The notes beneath the pieces are model-generated. The model saw nothing but the letters and a program-made list of their open reading frames with translations. It ran no database searches and was not told the DNA's origin. Both the position numbers and the translations under genes were made by a program. A stretch of 64,000 nucleotides of DNA from the human T2T-CHM13v2.0 reference genome, Homo sapiens, in the NCBI RefSeq assembly GCF_009914755.1, contig NC_060931.1, one strand, 5' to 3'. Shown here piece by piece: positions 29,810 to 42,496 of the stretch. How positions within the stretch are numbered: position 1 is the stretch's first letter; the number at the start of each line of letters is the position of its first letter.

Positions 29810-30355
29810 ATTATTCATTCAGTAAATATTTACTGAGTGCCTGAATGTGCCAGGCACTGTGCTAGGTGCTGGGAAAAACTGGGGAACAAGAATGAGTTCT
29901 CTGCTCTCCTGGAGCTTAAGGGAGCAGAAGAGAGAAGCATTAGGCAGACCACCACACAAGTCATCATTGCCTGCAGCTGTGTTAGGGGCTATGGAGGAGA
30001 CACACGGGGTCCCCTGGGAGTGTGCGGCAGGTGGCCCTAACCTAGTGTGAGGCAGAGGAGAATGCTTCCCTGAGGAGGGGGCAGGTCATCTGAGACTCCA
30101 GGATGAGTAGAGGTTAAGGAAGCAAAGGGCCAGGCAGGGGGAAGGCGGAAAGTTTGAAGCTGAAGCCAAGGAAGGAGGCTCTGTGCATGGAGGGAGTCTT
30201 GGCGCCTCTTGGCTGGAACAGAACAGGGGAAACAGCAGGGTGAGGCTGGCCAGGCCCAGAAGCCATGAACCTTCCATGCCCAGGTGAGGATTTTGACTCT
30301 GACTTTAAGAACAATGAGAAGTACTGGGGCTTTTTAAGCAAAGAAGTGACGGGAT
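29810..30355 (-). mobile_element. LINE-2 3' fragment
   Basis: 'cattcagtaaatatttactgagtgcctgaatgtgccaggcactgtgctagg' is the reverse-complement L2 tail. Confidence 0.8.
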
Positions 30356-30399
30356 CAGGTGCATACTGTTAAAAGATCAGTTACGTGGCAATACCTCCG

Positions 30400-30878
30400 A
30401 GACAATGAACACATATGTACATGGATGTTCACAGCAGCATTACTCAGAATAGCCAAAAAGTGGAAACAACCCAAACACCCACCAATTGACGAGTGGATAA
30501 ACAAAATACCACAGAACATTATCCATCCACTGAAAGGAATAAGTACTGATCCGGTCTACAGTGTGGATAAACCTAGAAAATATTAGGCTAAATGAAGAGA
30601 GGCAGACACAAAAGGTCACATATTGAATGACCCCATTTATATGAAATGTCCAGAATAGGCAAATCTATAAACACAAAAAGGAGGTAAGTGCTTGTCTTGG
30701 GTTGGGGGGCCTGGAGGAATTCGAGGGTGACTGCTAACAGGTATAGAGTTTCTTTTTGGGTCAATGAAAATGTTCTAAGATCGATAGTGATGACAGTCAC
30801 ATAACTCTGAGAACAGACTAAAACCCACTGAACTGTACACTTTAAATGGTGAACTGTAGAGTATGTGAATTATATCTC
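30400..30878 (+). mobile_element. L1M (L1MB-like) 3' end
   Basis: 'atgttcacagcagcattact...agccaaaaagtggaaacaaccc...gtacactttaaatgg...tgtgaattatatctca'. Confidence 0.85.
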
Positions 30879-31163
30879 AGCTGGGTGTGGTGGCTTACAC
30901 CTGTAATCCCAGCACTTTGGGAGGTAGGATGATCAAGACCAGCCTGGAAAACGAAGTGAGACCCCCATCTCTACGAAAAATGTACAAAAATCAGCCGGGT
31001 GAGGTGACTTGTGCCTGTAGTCTCAGCTACTCAGGGGGCTAAGGTAGGAGAGTTGCTTGAGTCCAAGAGGTCAAGGCTGCAGTGAGCCATGATCACACCA
31101 CTGCACTCCAGCCTGGGCAACAGAGTGAGACCCTGTCTCAGAAAGAAAAAGAAAAAGAAAAAA

Positions 31164-31164
<1 letters not shown>
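30879..31164 (+). mobile_element. Alu (AluJ-like) with a left-arm deletion
   Basis: Alu start and right arm present, A-rich tail. Confidence 0.9.
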
Positions 31165-31165
<1 letters not shown>

Positions 31166-31213
<48 letters not shown>

Positions 31214-31233
31214 ATCTATCTACTATCTATCTA

Positions 31234-31286
<53 letters not shown>
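31166..31286. repeat. Compound (TATC)n / GATA tetranucleotide STR
   Basis: (TATC)12 ATC TATC TAC (TATC)2 TAC (TATC)13, counted by eye. Confidence 0.95.
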
Positions 31287-31287
<1 letters not shown>

Positions 31288-33186
31288 GACAAAAAAAGGC
31301 CAGTTATAGGAAACCCATGGTCACATCTTGTGCACCATCGGGTGGAGACAGGGCTCTGGCAGGCACCTCCGCCCTGCCTCCTTTTAGCTGACTGGCTTTG
31401 AGAGGGCAGCCATGAACACTGGCAGGGGTGATACAGGAATTAAACCTCCTCTGGTTGAGAACCCCCACAAGCCTTCATCTGCTAGGTTCAACCTGTGTCT
31501 TTAATGAAACCCCTCAAACACGATGGTTCCCCCGACCACGATCCTAGGCCAGAAGAGGGGAAGGTTCAAACCCAACAGACACCTAAGGGAGGCCCCCAGG
31601 CTCTGTGCTGCATTCCCAGAGCAGCCCTGCTGCTTCAAGGGAAATGGAACTGACAGGTTTATCATAGGCAAGGGGTGAGGCCCCCACTTGCCCTGAAGGA
31701 AGCCTATGATTGAAAGAGTGGACCAGGCCTGCCTGGAGGCAGGTGACTCACACTGTAGGGGCCTCCCCAGGTTTCAGGTGCCCGAGGTGGCTGCTTGCCT
31801 CATGGAGGGTGACCAGGACACAGGCCCAACTGTATTTTAAAGGGTGTGGCCAGTCATCCCCCTCATCTCTCCCTACTGCCACTTCTAAGACTGGCACACA
31901 CTGTCTTCTGGGAGTTGCTGGAGGGGAGCGTTATTAGTCAGGGCCTGGTAGGCAGGCGGGAGGCCTGTGGGAAGAGAGGCTGAGACAAGAGCCCGACCCT
32001 GGGCCCAGCCAACACCCTGTGGGCAGGCAGGACCCTCAGTTCAGAGCCTTAGAGCCGCGGAGATGACCCTTCTTGGGCCTTAACTGTTGACACAGCTCTC
32101 GATTTGCTTTTAATTTACAGGTTATTTTTGTAACATATATTCATTTTTTAAAAATAAAACAAAAGGGATCCAAGTTCTCCGAAGATACATTTGAAAAAAT
32201 ACAGAAAACCTAGAAGAAATTAAAGAAAAATACCATTACCAGAAAACTTTATTAACACTTCGCATCTCATTTCGACTTAAAGTCACATTTTATATCCAGG
32301 AACAGGTAAAACCAGGAGCTGATGAGGGCTACAACTTATTTATTTATTCAATAAGCATTTATATGGCTGCCTGACATCCTTTCTGCAACAGGTCAAGCTA
32401 TGAAGGAATATAAGGTGATATTAAAAATTAAAACAACAACAGCAACAAACCAAACCAAGCATTAACAAAAATTTCTTGAACATCTACTCTTGTGCCAGAA
32501 ACTGCCGAGTGCTGGGAGGCTGAGACCAGACATTGGAGGGTGTGGGGAATTTGTCCCTGCACCTTTGTCTTACATGCTGGGTGACCTGTCGAGGCCTGTC
32601 AGGCTGCCACTGACGCCCCATTCTTCTGTATTCCTCCAGAGACCTGCAGAGCCCATCCCGTCTCCCCCACCCCCACAGTCACACACATCTGTTATGTCAG
32701 TGAGCGGAAGGTAAAGGTTCGGCTCCTTAGAGACTGTGGCCACCTGGAGGTGTGTTCCCCTCCAGGCCTTTCCCGTTGAGACTTTTCCTAGTTTCCCTAG
32801 AGGGAAGTGTCAACCTTGTACGTGTCTGATCTGAGCATGTCTCCTGTGGAAAGTGAGAGGACCTGGGAATCTGCTTGATTATTCCTCAGTGAGTCAACCT
32901 TAGGATCTCCTCTACAGGCTGCCCAGGTCCTGAGGGCCCTGCCGATGGCGAGCAAAGACAGGCAGCTGGCTCCCAGGAAGACCACCACTTCACACGGCTG
33001 GGTGTTCACAGGCACTGTGCTGTTCCATTAGAGCAATGCGGGCTGGGGGACAAAGCAGGGAGGGAGGGCAGGGAGAGAGGAGAACTAATGACAGGCATAA
33101 TGCTAGGCACTCTGCTAATTAATTCTCTTTCCTTCCCTCTCTCTCTAATTTACCCCCAAGCAAAACGTTCGGTGCACAGTTAAAAA

Positions 33187-33384
33187 CAGTGGTGAGCTGA
33201 AGTGGGCTGATACCAGCTTGTGAGAGCCAATCATACATGTCGTTTTCCAATTTCATGTTTAGTGTCGTCATGGCAGTAGCTTGAAATCAGCCATGGTGGA
33301 AGTATTTACACCAAGGAAATGGGCAAACACTACAAATCAGGCTTTTTGTTTTTCTTTTGTTAAATATTTACTGGTACACCACTG
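33187..33384 (+). mobile_element. MER63A-like hAT element, copy 1
   Basis: cagtggtg...gtagcttgaaatcagccatggtggaagtatttacacc...ctacaaatcagg...cacc actg. Confidence 0.8.
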
Positions 33385-34502
33385 AATAAAAACGGGCAAA
33401 AAAGTGAAGAGTGAAACCACCTGTAATGCCACCACCTAGTGATAACCACTGTTGACATATTAATATATATCTCTCCAGATTTGTGATGTGATAACGTTAT
33501 CTTAGTTAATCTTCATAATGAACCTGCAAAATTGTCAACATCTCCACTTTCCAGGCAAGGCAACTATAGTAAAGTAATTTGCTTGCAATCTCACAGCAGT
33601 GATTTGTAAAAAGTAGCATGAGATTCCCGGATACTCTGACTCTAAAGCCATTTCTCTTTTCTCAGCAAAATGCTTCTTACGTAGAACAACATCCCATTTC
33701 ACAGATAAGAAAACCAGTTTGGAAGGGCTTCCTGGATGACTAACAGGCTGTCCTGAGGCTCTGAAGGGGCTGTTGGCCTGGGCACTGGCCTGGGGTCAGA
33801 AGGTGAGGTTGGGAGCAGAGGGCTCATTGCTGAGCCTTTCCTAGGGTGAGTGTCCTCATCTCTGAAAATGGCTAACAGTCTCTGCTTCATGGGGTTGCTG
33901 TGATGACTCCTACACACTGCTTGGCCTTGTACCTTTTTCCAGGAGGGACTCAGGAGAGAGTGTGGAGAAAGCTTTCATCATTACCTCTCTTATTTTTAAA
34001 AGTTCACTAGTTCCCTCCAACACAGAGTCCTTGCTCCTAAGGACTCTCCCCCATGACATTTCACAGCAGACTTAGGAAGGCTGATCCCTCTGACTGCAGA
34101 ACTTCATGTGTGTGTATGTGCACATGTGTACACATGTGGACAGAGGAAGGCTGAGAGCCACTGGGAGGCATCTCTAGGCTGTGGCTGAATGCCAAGAAAA
34201 CATGTGCCCAATGAAGACGGAACTTTGTCCAAACACAATGTACAACCATCTCCCAAAGAGACAAAGCCAGACCTGTCTGCTTTGCCCTGTTTTGTCACCA
34301 CAAATGGATAAACTGTGGATTAGATAGAGTGCTAGCACCACCACAGCATTATCACAGAGTGATCTGGTCACCCCCTGGCCTGATCACAGGCAGGGAGGAG
34401 GCAACTCCATTAACTCCATCTTTCAGATGAGAAAACAGAGGTACATTGGCTTCTGGGTCAATATTTTTAGTTTTTGACCCCAACCCGCTATAGACATGTA
34501 GT

Positions 34503-34596
34503 CATCCATCCATCTATCCATCTTTCCATCCACCCACCCACCCCACCCATCCATCCACCTATCCATCCACCCATCCATCCATCCATCATCCATCAT
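34503..34596. repeat. Degenerate (CCAT)n repeat
   Basis: Read directly. Confidence 0.85.
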
Positions 34597-34871
34597 TGAA
34601 ACATGTGGTGTACACGCTGATATTTTCTGTTGTTCTATTCATTTCTTCTTATTTTACTCTATTCTATTTCATTTAAAAAATGCTCATTCAGCTCCCTAAA
34701 TTAAGTTCAGGACTGTTCAATGGGTTACAACTCAAAGTTTGAAAAACACGCTTCAAGGCACTGTAGTGAGAGGCTGAGCAGAATCTGAGAGTTAAGTTGG
34801 GATTTAAAGTGGTCTGAGCTGGTCCTCAGTGGTCATCCAAGAGCCTGAAGCCAGAAACTGAATCATTAATG

Positions 34872-35076
34872 CCATTATGCTGCAGCCAGCTAGTACCAGC
34901 TCACAAGAGCTGAAAATGTGCAATTCTTCCCAACTCTGCATTCAGTGATGCCATGTTGGTAGCTTGAATCAGCCAAGGTGGGAGTATTTACACGATGGAA
35001 ATCGGCATCCACTACAAACCAGGACTTCTTCCCGCAGAGAGCTGGTTGTTAAAACATTTACACCAGCACTTCGCTG
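34872..35076 (+). mobile_element. MER63A-like hAT element, copy 2
   Basis: Same internal core 'ggtagcttgaatcagcc...gggagtatttacac...ctacaaaccagg...gttgttaaaacattta'. Confidence 0.78.
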
Positions 35077-36649
35077 ACTAGTGTCCCCTTCTAGCATCAC
35101 TGCTTCCTGGCTCGATTTCTCCAGCTATAAAATGGAAAATTATATTCATCATGTACCATACTGGGACGCAGACAGGTTTTATGAACTGAACTGAAATGGA
35201 AATCATTATATTAATTTAAAATTATGGTTACCGCATCAATTATTGACCTAAGAACTTATGCCCAACAGAGCCAGGTAAACAAGTTGATCACCTCCTGTGT
35301 CAAATGAGGCTATAAATTGTCATGGGTGGGGTGGGGGATGGGGAATTAGGTTACTGGAGTTCTTTCCAATGTCTATTGACTTAATGCTTACTCATTAAAG
35401 ATTATTCAGGAGATTACTCACAGATCAGGCTTGTAGCATTAAATCAGGTCTGCTTATAAATTTATCACACTCTTCTCAGTGCCTCTGTTTCGAGCAAGCA
35501 GCCCTCCACTTCCCTTACTGAACTTCTGGTACAATTCCCATTCATGGCAGAGTCCATCACATTCACGTTATCAGCTTGGTCTGGCACTCAGCCTGCTTCC
35601 CAATAGCACTGAGGTTCTCCCAGGCCTCTGTCCACTCTCACAGCCTTCCTCCCCCTGAAATCTGCTTCTCACACCCCCAGGTGGCAGAGGAGGGAGGGAT
35701 GGAACAGAACTCAGTTGTGACGTAAGGAGACACAAAGTTTGGGACAACAGAATGGTTCCTACAAAAGTAAAGTACTAACTGACTTCCCAGTGTAGTTGGT
35801 AAAGTGCTTCTGAAGTCAACACTGAAAAAGAAACTGGCAGCATGGGAGCAGCGTTTTATTCCAGATAAACAGCCTTCTAGAGAGAACACTTTTGACAAGC
35901 AAAGTCATGTGTTTATAAACTTTAGTTTATATCCAATATTCACTTTTGAAAATGGTTACAGTTAAGGAAAAGGCAGGGTGACATCTCCAATTCTCTATTT
36001 ACACAGGACTTGTTTCTAAGATGGGAAGACAGCTGGTTTTGTGGATTCAGGATCAAGCTAGATGCTGCGTGCCTTTGAATTTGCCCCTGGATACCTTCCA
36101 AGGCTCGAGACTTTGACATTATGAAGCAACAACTGGTGAGAGCTCAAATGATGAAAACCTTAAGAGAGACTAAATAAGGCTTGATTCCTCCCTTTTGCAA
36201 GCAGGAATTCCAGGTGAAGCACCAGATGTACAGAGAAGCTGCAAGAAGCAGACACTACTTTGAAGGCAGTCGGACAGCCTATTGGCAATCAGTGATATCT
36301 ACGCTCACCATAGAGAATCCCACGGTCGGAAAAAAGAAGACAGCAAAACAGACAACCTTAAATTCTAGTTTCTTGGAAAAAATAACACAGCTCCTGAAAA
36401 TGGCCTTAGATTTCAGGGTTGTGAAACTACCTCAGTCGCTATAGGAATTACAAAAATGTCAAGATGGCATACGCTATAATGCTATAGCTATTAACATAAT
36501 TTTATATAATTTAAACATTATGCTTTTCATTTTAACTTACTCTAAAAGGTACTGTAATGAAAAAAATTGGGGCTGTATTTATGTTAATTTAAACATTCCA
36601 AGCTCTTTCCAGGAAGGTAGATGTGAGCTCTACCTAAAAAGTAAGTCTT

Positions 36650-36955
36650 AGCTGGGCGTGGTGGCTCACGCCTGTAATCCCAGCACTTTGGGAGGCCGAG
36701 GCGGGCAGATCATGAGGTCAAGAAATTGAGACCATCTTGGCTAACACAGTGAAATCCCATCCCTACTAAAAATACAACCATTAGGTGGGCGTGGTCGTGT
36801 GCACCTGTAGTCCCAGCTACTTGGGAGGCTGAGGCAGGAGAATAGCTTGAACCGTGAGGCGGAGCTTGCAGTGAACAGAGATCGCGCCACTGTAATCCAG
36901 CCTGGCAACACAGCAAGACTCTGTCTCAAAAATAAATAAATTAATTAATTAATTA
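36650..36955 (+). mobile_element. Alu (AluSc/Y-like)
   Basis: 'gatcatgaggtcaag...gagaccatc...ggctaacac', tail decays to (TTAA)n, TSD taagtct. Confidence 0.93.
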
Positions 36956-39900
36956 AGTCTCTGCTCACTGGGAGGTAACTGGACCCACAGATCTCGGTAG
37001 GACCTACGGATGTGACAAACCTGTGACAATGGCCAGAGGACCAGGTGCTATTGATCTTCCTTGGAAAACTATCAAAAAGCTGTGCTGGTGGCTGACAGTG
37101 GTTTTGATCTGTGGGCTTCTGCTTACATGAACTCAGACAGGCCAAATTCCTGAGAAGAACAGCAACTGTAGTTCAAGGATATGTGATTCACTCCAAGCAG
37201 ATTCAAATCTGGACATAGAATGGCTGGTCCTAAGAGTCTTCCTTTCCCCTAATAATCTTTATGCACTTATTATACTGTATTTATTAATTTTTCTTTTTGC
37301 TATCAGAGTTTTCAGTTGCATTTTAATCACTTAACGGTGCATGGAAAGCTTAAGGCAATATACAAAGATGTTTCTCCTTTGCTCTGACAGAATGATTTTA
37401 TTTGTTCCCCAATTCTAAAATCTCCTTAAATTCATAGAACAAAACAAGTTGGTGTCTGAAAATGACCTCAGACTCGACATCTCCTACTTCCCCAGCAGAA
37501 TGTTGAGCTCCCCTCTAGGAAAATGTGATCACTTTCTGTTTCTCAGATCTCTGGAAACCAAGGGCTCCATTGTGAGAGATTCAAAATCAGTGAAATCTGC
37601 AAAGGGAAAATGAAGGAAGAGAACTAGAAAAGCAAGCAGCAGCGGTGAGCTCTCCAGCATCACTCCAGCATCAAGGGGAGTGAGCGTGCGGGTGCGTGCA
37701 GGCGGCAGCAGCAAAGCTTTTCTTCTTTTGCAAACCAATGGCTAAAATGACTCCTGGCCTCTTTCTGCCACGGCTAGGCTGGAAGGCATCCCCTCCCTGG
37801 CTACAGCCCAGAGCCGGGCCTGGTAGCAGGTCAGTGCTGAGAAACACAAGGGGCAGGTGGAAGCTCCTCATTAGGCTGCATGAACAGGATGTCCGCCCCC
37901 GGACCCCAACCCCAACCACCCAACAAAACATGACCACACAAGACAGTCTCAGCCCCACTTCCTCAGGAGAAGGACCTTTAAAGACCAGCATTCAAGATGT
38001 ATGGAGGCGAAGGGGCTGCACTGGGTCCCCAGGATGCTTCCTTAGGCCTCAGGTCTCGCCCAGAGTTGAGAACAAAAACTATTAGAGATGGGCCTTAAAA
38101 ATGCAGTGCCTGCTTGCTGAGCCCTGGAGTTTGGAAGCCCAAGTTCAAATTTGGCATTTGGCTTATAATCTTCTCTAAGCTTGTGTTTCCACACATGGAA
38201 TTAGATGACTTATTTGTGAAGAGGCTGGCACACAGAAGGGATATAAAAAATAGAACATGTTATTATCTGTGGCCTTCTTCTCATCTCTCCCACTCACCTG
38301 GCCTCTCCTCAGGGAAGCCTCCCTCTCCCCTCCTGGTGCGCCCTCACTCGGCAAAGCCCGGCAGCTTTCCTAAGGCTGTTGTGGAGTGGCTGGTTTATGT
38401 CTCTGACTCTCACCAGACGGCAATCTTCCGGAAGACAGGAATTGTGACTTATCGCCCTTCCTATCTCCATAGTCAAACAGTCTGGCATGTGGTAGCTGCT
38501 TAATCAATGGTAATATGTTAACTAGGCTGAGGTTCCCAAGAAGTTGATTTATTTTCCATACTCATTCATTTTCTCTTCTCTCGAAAGGGGAAGTAGTAAA
38601 TGATAATAAATTGCCCTAATATCCATGCTGCTATCTAAGATTACGAGGTCAATAATTGTCTCTATTTATTCACTCTTTGAGCTCCTTGGAAGATAAGCAC
38701 TAAGGGAATCTAAGGCATGATCCAGGTGAGCCGTCAGTGGAGAAGTGGTCTATTCCTGTGCCCACCATGCCAAGTGCATGAAAGCTGTTCCTTCCCCCCA
38801 CCCCATGGCAAACACAGCTACTCTGCACTCAACAAGGCCCCCTTCAGAGCCAGTGTTTGGGATGGGCTTGGGTGTTTTTTGGATGCTCTCTCTGGTCCCA
38901 TTTTCTACTTCCTGACTTTGGGCTGCCATTGACATCCAGACTGTGTGTGATCCTGGGCCTGGAAGATCTAGACTTCTCCCTCCCCTTCCTGTCTCAGCTC
39001 TGCACTGTCTGACACTGGGCCAGCATGCAGGGGGCTAACTGAGGGCACATGTTGGCAATCTGAGCCCAACCTGGCAGAGATCTCACTGATTGGCTAGACA
39101 GTGATGACCTTGGTAGCCAAGAGAATAACTGTGCAAAGGGCTCCCCTTGGCCTATGCCTGCCTTAGGCTCATGCATATCTTCATCTTCCCCACCCTATCA
39201 TTCACAGTTCCATTCACAGTAGGAGCTAAGTAGAAGTCTTACTTGAAGATCTCCTTGTAGGCAACTGAATTCAGCCTTCTCTCTGACATTTAAGTAGACT
39301 TTGGAATCAAAAAATAGCTACCCTGAAGTATAATGAAGAACTTGATGTCCGCCATATTGCTTCTTGAGATTCACATGCTGAGAGGCTTTTCTTCTATTTG
39401 GATGAAAAAAAGATAGGAATCCCAGGCAAAGAAATGGGGTGGATGATCAGTTGTATGTGGGAGCTAAAACGCTGTATTAAGGGCTCTCATAGCTCCGCTA
39501 AGACTAGAACAATGATGAGAAACGCAGTTCTCACTAGGTCTTCTATTACTGTTTAGAGATTTTAATTTAGAAATGGACCAAATAGCCTCAGGAGGGGCCA
39601 GGCAGCAGCATCCATCTACCACAGACAGAGATGCACCACCTGTCCCAACACAGCATTCTGAGAGATTTCTTGGATAACACGTTGCAGGACTACACTGGAA
39701 GAGAGTCCATAAAGAAGCCCTCCTGCGGTGCCTTACATGTGCAGGAATGTGACATTTGTAAAGGCACAAGGAGAGGCCTTTGCCAGTGGGACTGCATCGC
39801 AGCAGGCCTCAGCTGTCAAGCTATTACTACAAATGTCATCCAGAACATGTGATGGAGACCACATGAAAATGCCCACTCCAGAAAATTCCCCCATCGTGTT

Positions 39901-41775
39901 GCACACACCAACCCCTGCTCAGTGGTAGGGGGGTTATATCAGTGTTCTGCTTGAAGATTCAGAGATGAAGAAGAGACACACTGCTCGGAATCCCTGAGAC
40001 TAGAGTTCAGGAATGACAGGCAATCCCACGGCTGATGGTCTTAATGGGTCCTACTGGCCATGGTGGGCTCCTATTCAGAGGGTCTCGGGCGAGAGACCTC
40101 TGATCCTGTGGCACTTGTTAGTGTTTCCAAGAGGAAAGCAGAAGTTGGTTCTGGCTGTGACTGATCTCTAACTGGCAAAGCAATTGCGACATTTTTTTTT
40201 CTCCCTATGGAACGCCTTTAGTCAAGGCTATTGGATCCCCACAAGCCCCTCAAGATTACAATAATCGCCCAAACGATGCTGCCAGAGCTCAGAGGTAAAT
40301 GTGCTCACTTCGAGGTCAGTGTCCACTTGGGAGAGCCAGAAAACAGTGGAAAGGAACTGTGTAATGTCCCTGGGAATCGGTGTTCAAAGCACTCCAGCCA
40401 CTGGGACAGCCAGACTACAGGAAGCTGCTGACAGATATCCCAAGGCATTCTCCCAGGAATGGGTGCTTATAAAGGGAACCAGAACCACTCCAGCTGGACT
40501 GGCTACCGACTGCACCAATGCTGCCGAGGGACAGAAATAAACTTTTGCTGTAAGGGAACAGAAAGAAGCACTGGGGCATCTCAGCACATCTGGGCCCCTC
40601 AAGCCAGTCGTATGTGCCTGGAAGACCACTTTGAAGGTGCTGGGGCCTAAAGCACAAGGGCACAGGAATTAAAACTCCCCCATAGAAGAGCTACAGAAAG
40701 TTGTTTTAAGGTAATGGAAAATAAGATCGATCAGCTAGAGGAGAAAAATCACAATGTCCTTAATCACAAGTCAAGCATGAAACTAGTTATGGGCCAAAGA
40801 AAAAAGGGACACTGTTGGCAAGATTCATGAAGCCCTGTGATTGGGCCCCAATCCCTGGGTTCCCAGCTTCAGTTTCCACCAAATCCTCTTTCACTGCTGC
40901 CCATCCCCGACTCTTCCCTCCATACTTGCCAAAATCCTGTGTATCCTTCAAGGTCCAGCTTGGTGTAGCCTCCTTCAGGGAGCCTTCTTCAATTCCCGCA
41001 GAAACAACAAACACTTTCTCTGTATTTGCACGCTCCTCTGCATCTTAGTGCTGCACTTAGCCCACTCTGTCTGGTGTTTAAAGATAGTGGTGGATACGGC
41101 TGTCTTTCCCATTTGTACACTGTTTTATATACAGACTCAGACATTTATCAGTCAAAAGTGAAGACTGCCAGAAACGTACTCAAATGCTTAAAAAAGCACC
41201 AATGAATCAAAGCTGCCTTAGACTAAAGAACCACACAGGAAACTTAGCTGGGCAGCTGTGGGGTAGTGGAATGAGCAACAAATTCCTGTTCTGCCTCCAG
41301 TTGGCTGTGCAACACAGGGCAAGCCACAGAACATCTCTGGATCTCCCTTCCCTCTTCCAGAAAACAGTGTCTTACCTCCCCTGTAAGGTTGCTGCTAGGA
41401 TTAAATGAGATAACTTATGCCAGTGATAGCATCTTATAGGTATTCAATTAAATGCTCAAGAAATTTAGCTGAATTTTAGCCTGAATTCGCTAAGTAAAAA
41501 GCCAAAGACCCTCAAAGGAACACTATTTTACAGAGGCAGCCGTGTTTTGCTTAGAATGCAGGTTCTGGAGTCAGATCGCCTGAACTTGAATTCTAGCACC
41601 ACCTACTTGGGAAATTTCTCTGGGCCTCAGTTTCCTCATCTGCAAAATGGGGTGGTAATAATAGGGTAGTTGTCAGAATAAGATGGGATAACACATGTCT
41701 GATGTCTGATACTTGGGATGCTGTCAATACATATCATTTAGAATCAGATTTTGCATGGTGGGATTTAAAAAAACA

Positions 41776-41825
41776 GAGCAAAACAGTTAGTATGAAGTTT
41801 CACTGGAGCAAAACAGTTAGTATGA
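41776..41825. repeat. 20-bp perfect direct repeat, 30-bp period
   Basis: gagcaaaacagttagtatga at 41776-41795 and 41806-41825. Confidence 0.9.
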
Positions 41826-42299
41826 GGAATAAAATCACTGTTAAAAGTCACCAGACCTTGAACTTCCAGGCTTCTAAACCACAGGGTGAGCAAACAGTAG
41901 ATGAGGGCTTCTCAAAGTATGAATACGACCTGTAACTTTCTTGCCAAACACAGATGACTAGACCCCATCTCAGATCTAGGAAATCAGATTCTCTGGGGTA
42001 TGGAGTCGAGCAGAATGCTTTTTAAGCAAGCTCCTCAAGGGATCTGATAGCTCCTAAACTTAGCCAATCATTGTCCTATCATGATCACTACTAAAGTGGA
42101 GACACCCGCTGATATATTCCAGTATTAATGTGGTAATATGGAACTTCTTGCTAGTTAAAAGATTCTGTTAGCTAAGGGGAAAGAGTGTTCTGTACATGTA
42201 GGGATACTGAGGGTACACCTGGCACATGGTTCAGTTTGCCCCTCTGAATCACCTCTACTTGTGAGCTCTTTGGATATATGCGTTGGAGGCCCATGAGCT

Positions 42300-42496
42300 C
42301 AGTGGTGTGCTGGAGCCGAATGGAACTGCTCATGACAGCCAATTGTGCACATCTTTTCCCAACTTCATATTTACAGACTTCACATTGGTAGTTTGAAATT
42401 GGCACAGTGGGAGTAGTTACACCTTGAAAATTGGCAAACACTACAAATCAAGGCTTTTACATTTCTTCAGAGAGCCAGTGTATTGGCACACCACTG
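42300..42496 (+). mobile_element. MER63A-like hAT element, copy 3
   Basis: Perfect 11-bp TIRs CAGTGGTGTGC / GCACACCACTG and the same internal core. Confidence 0.85.

Noticed and set aside
31082-31309. (YLSI)n repeat protein ORFs
   Set aside because: Translation of the TATC microsatellite and an Alu tail
41776-41825. Direct repeat with spacer as a mini CRISPR-like array
   Set aside because: Only two units with a 10-bp spacer in mammalian intron DNA; ordinary local duplication
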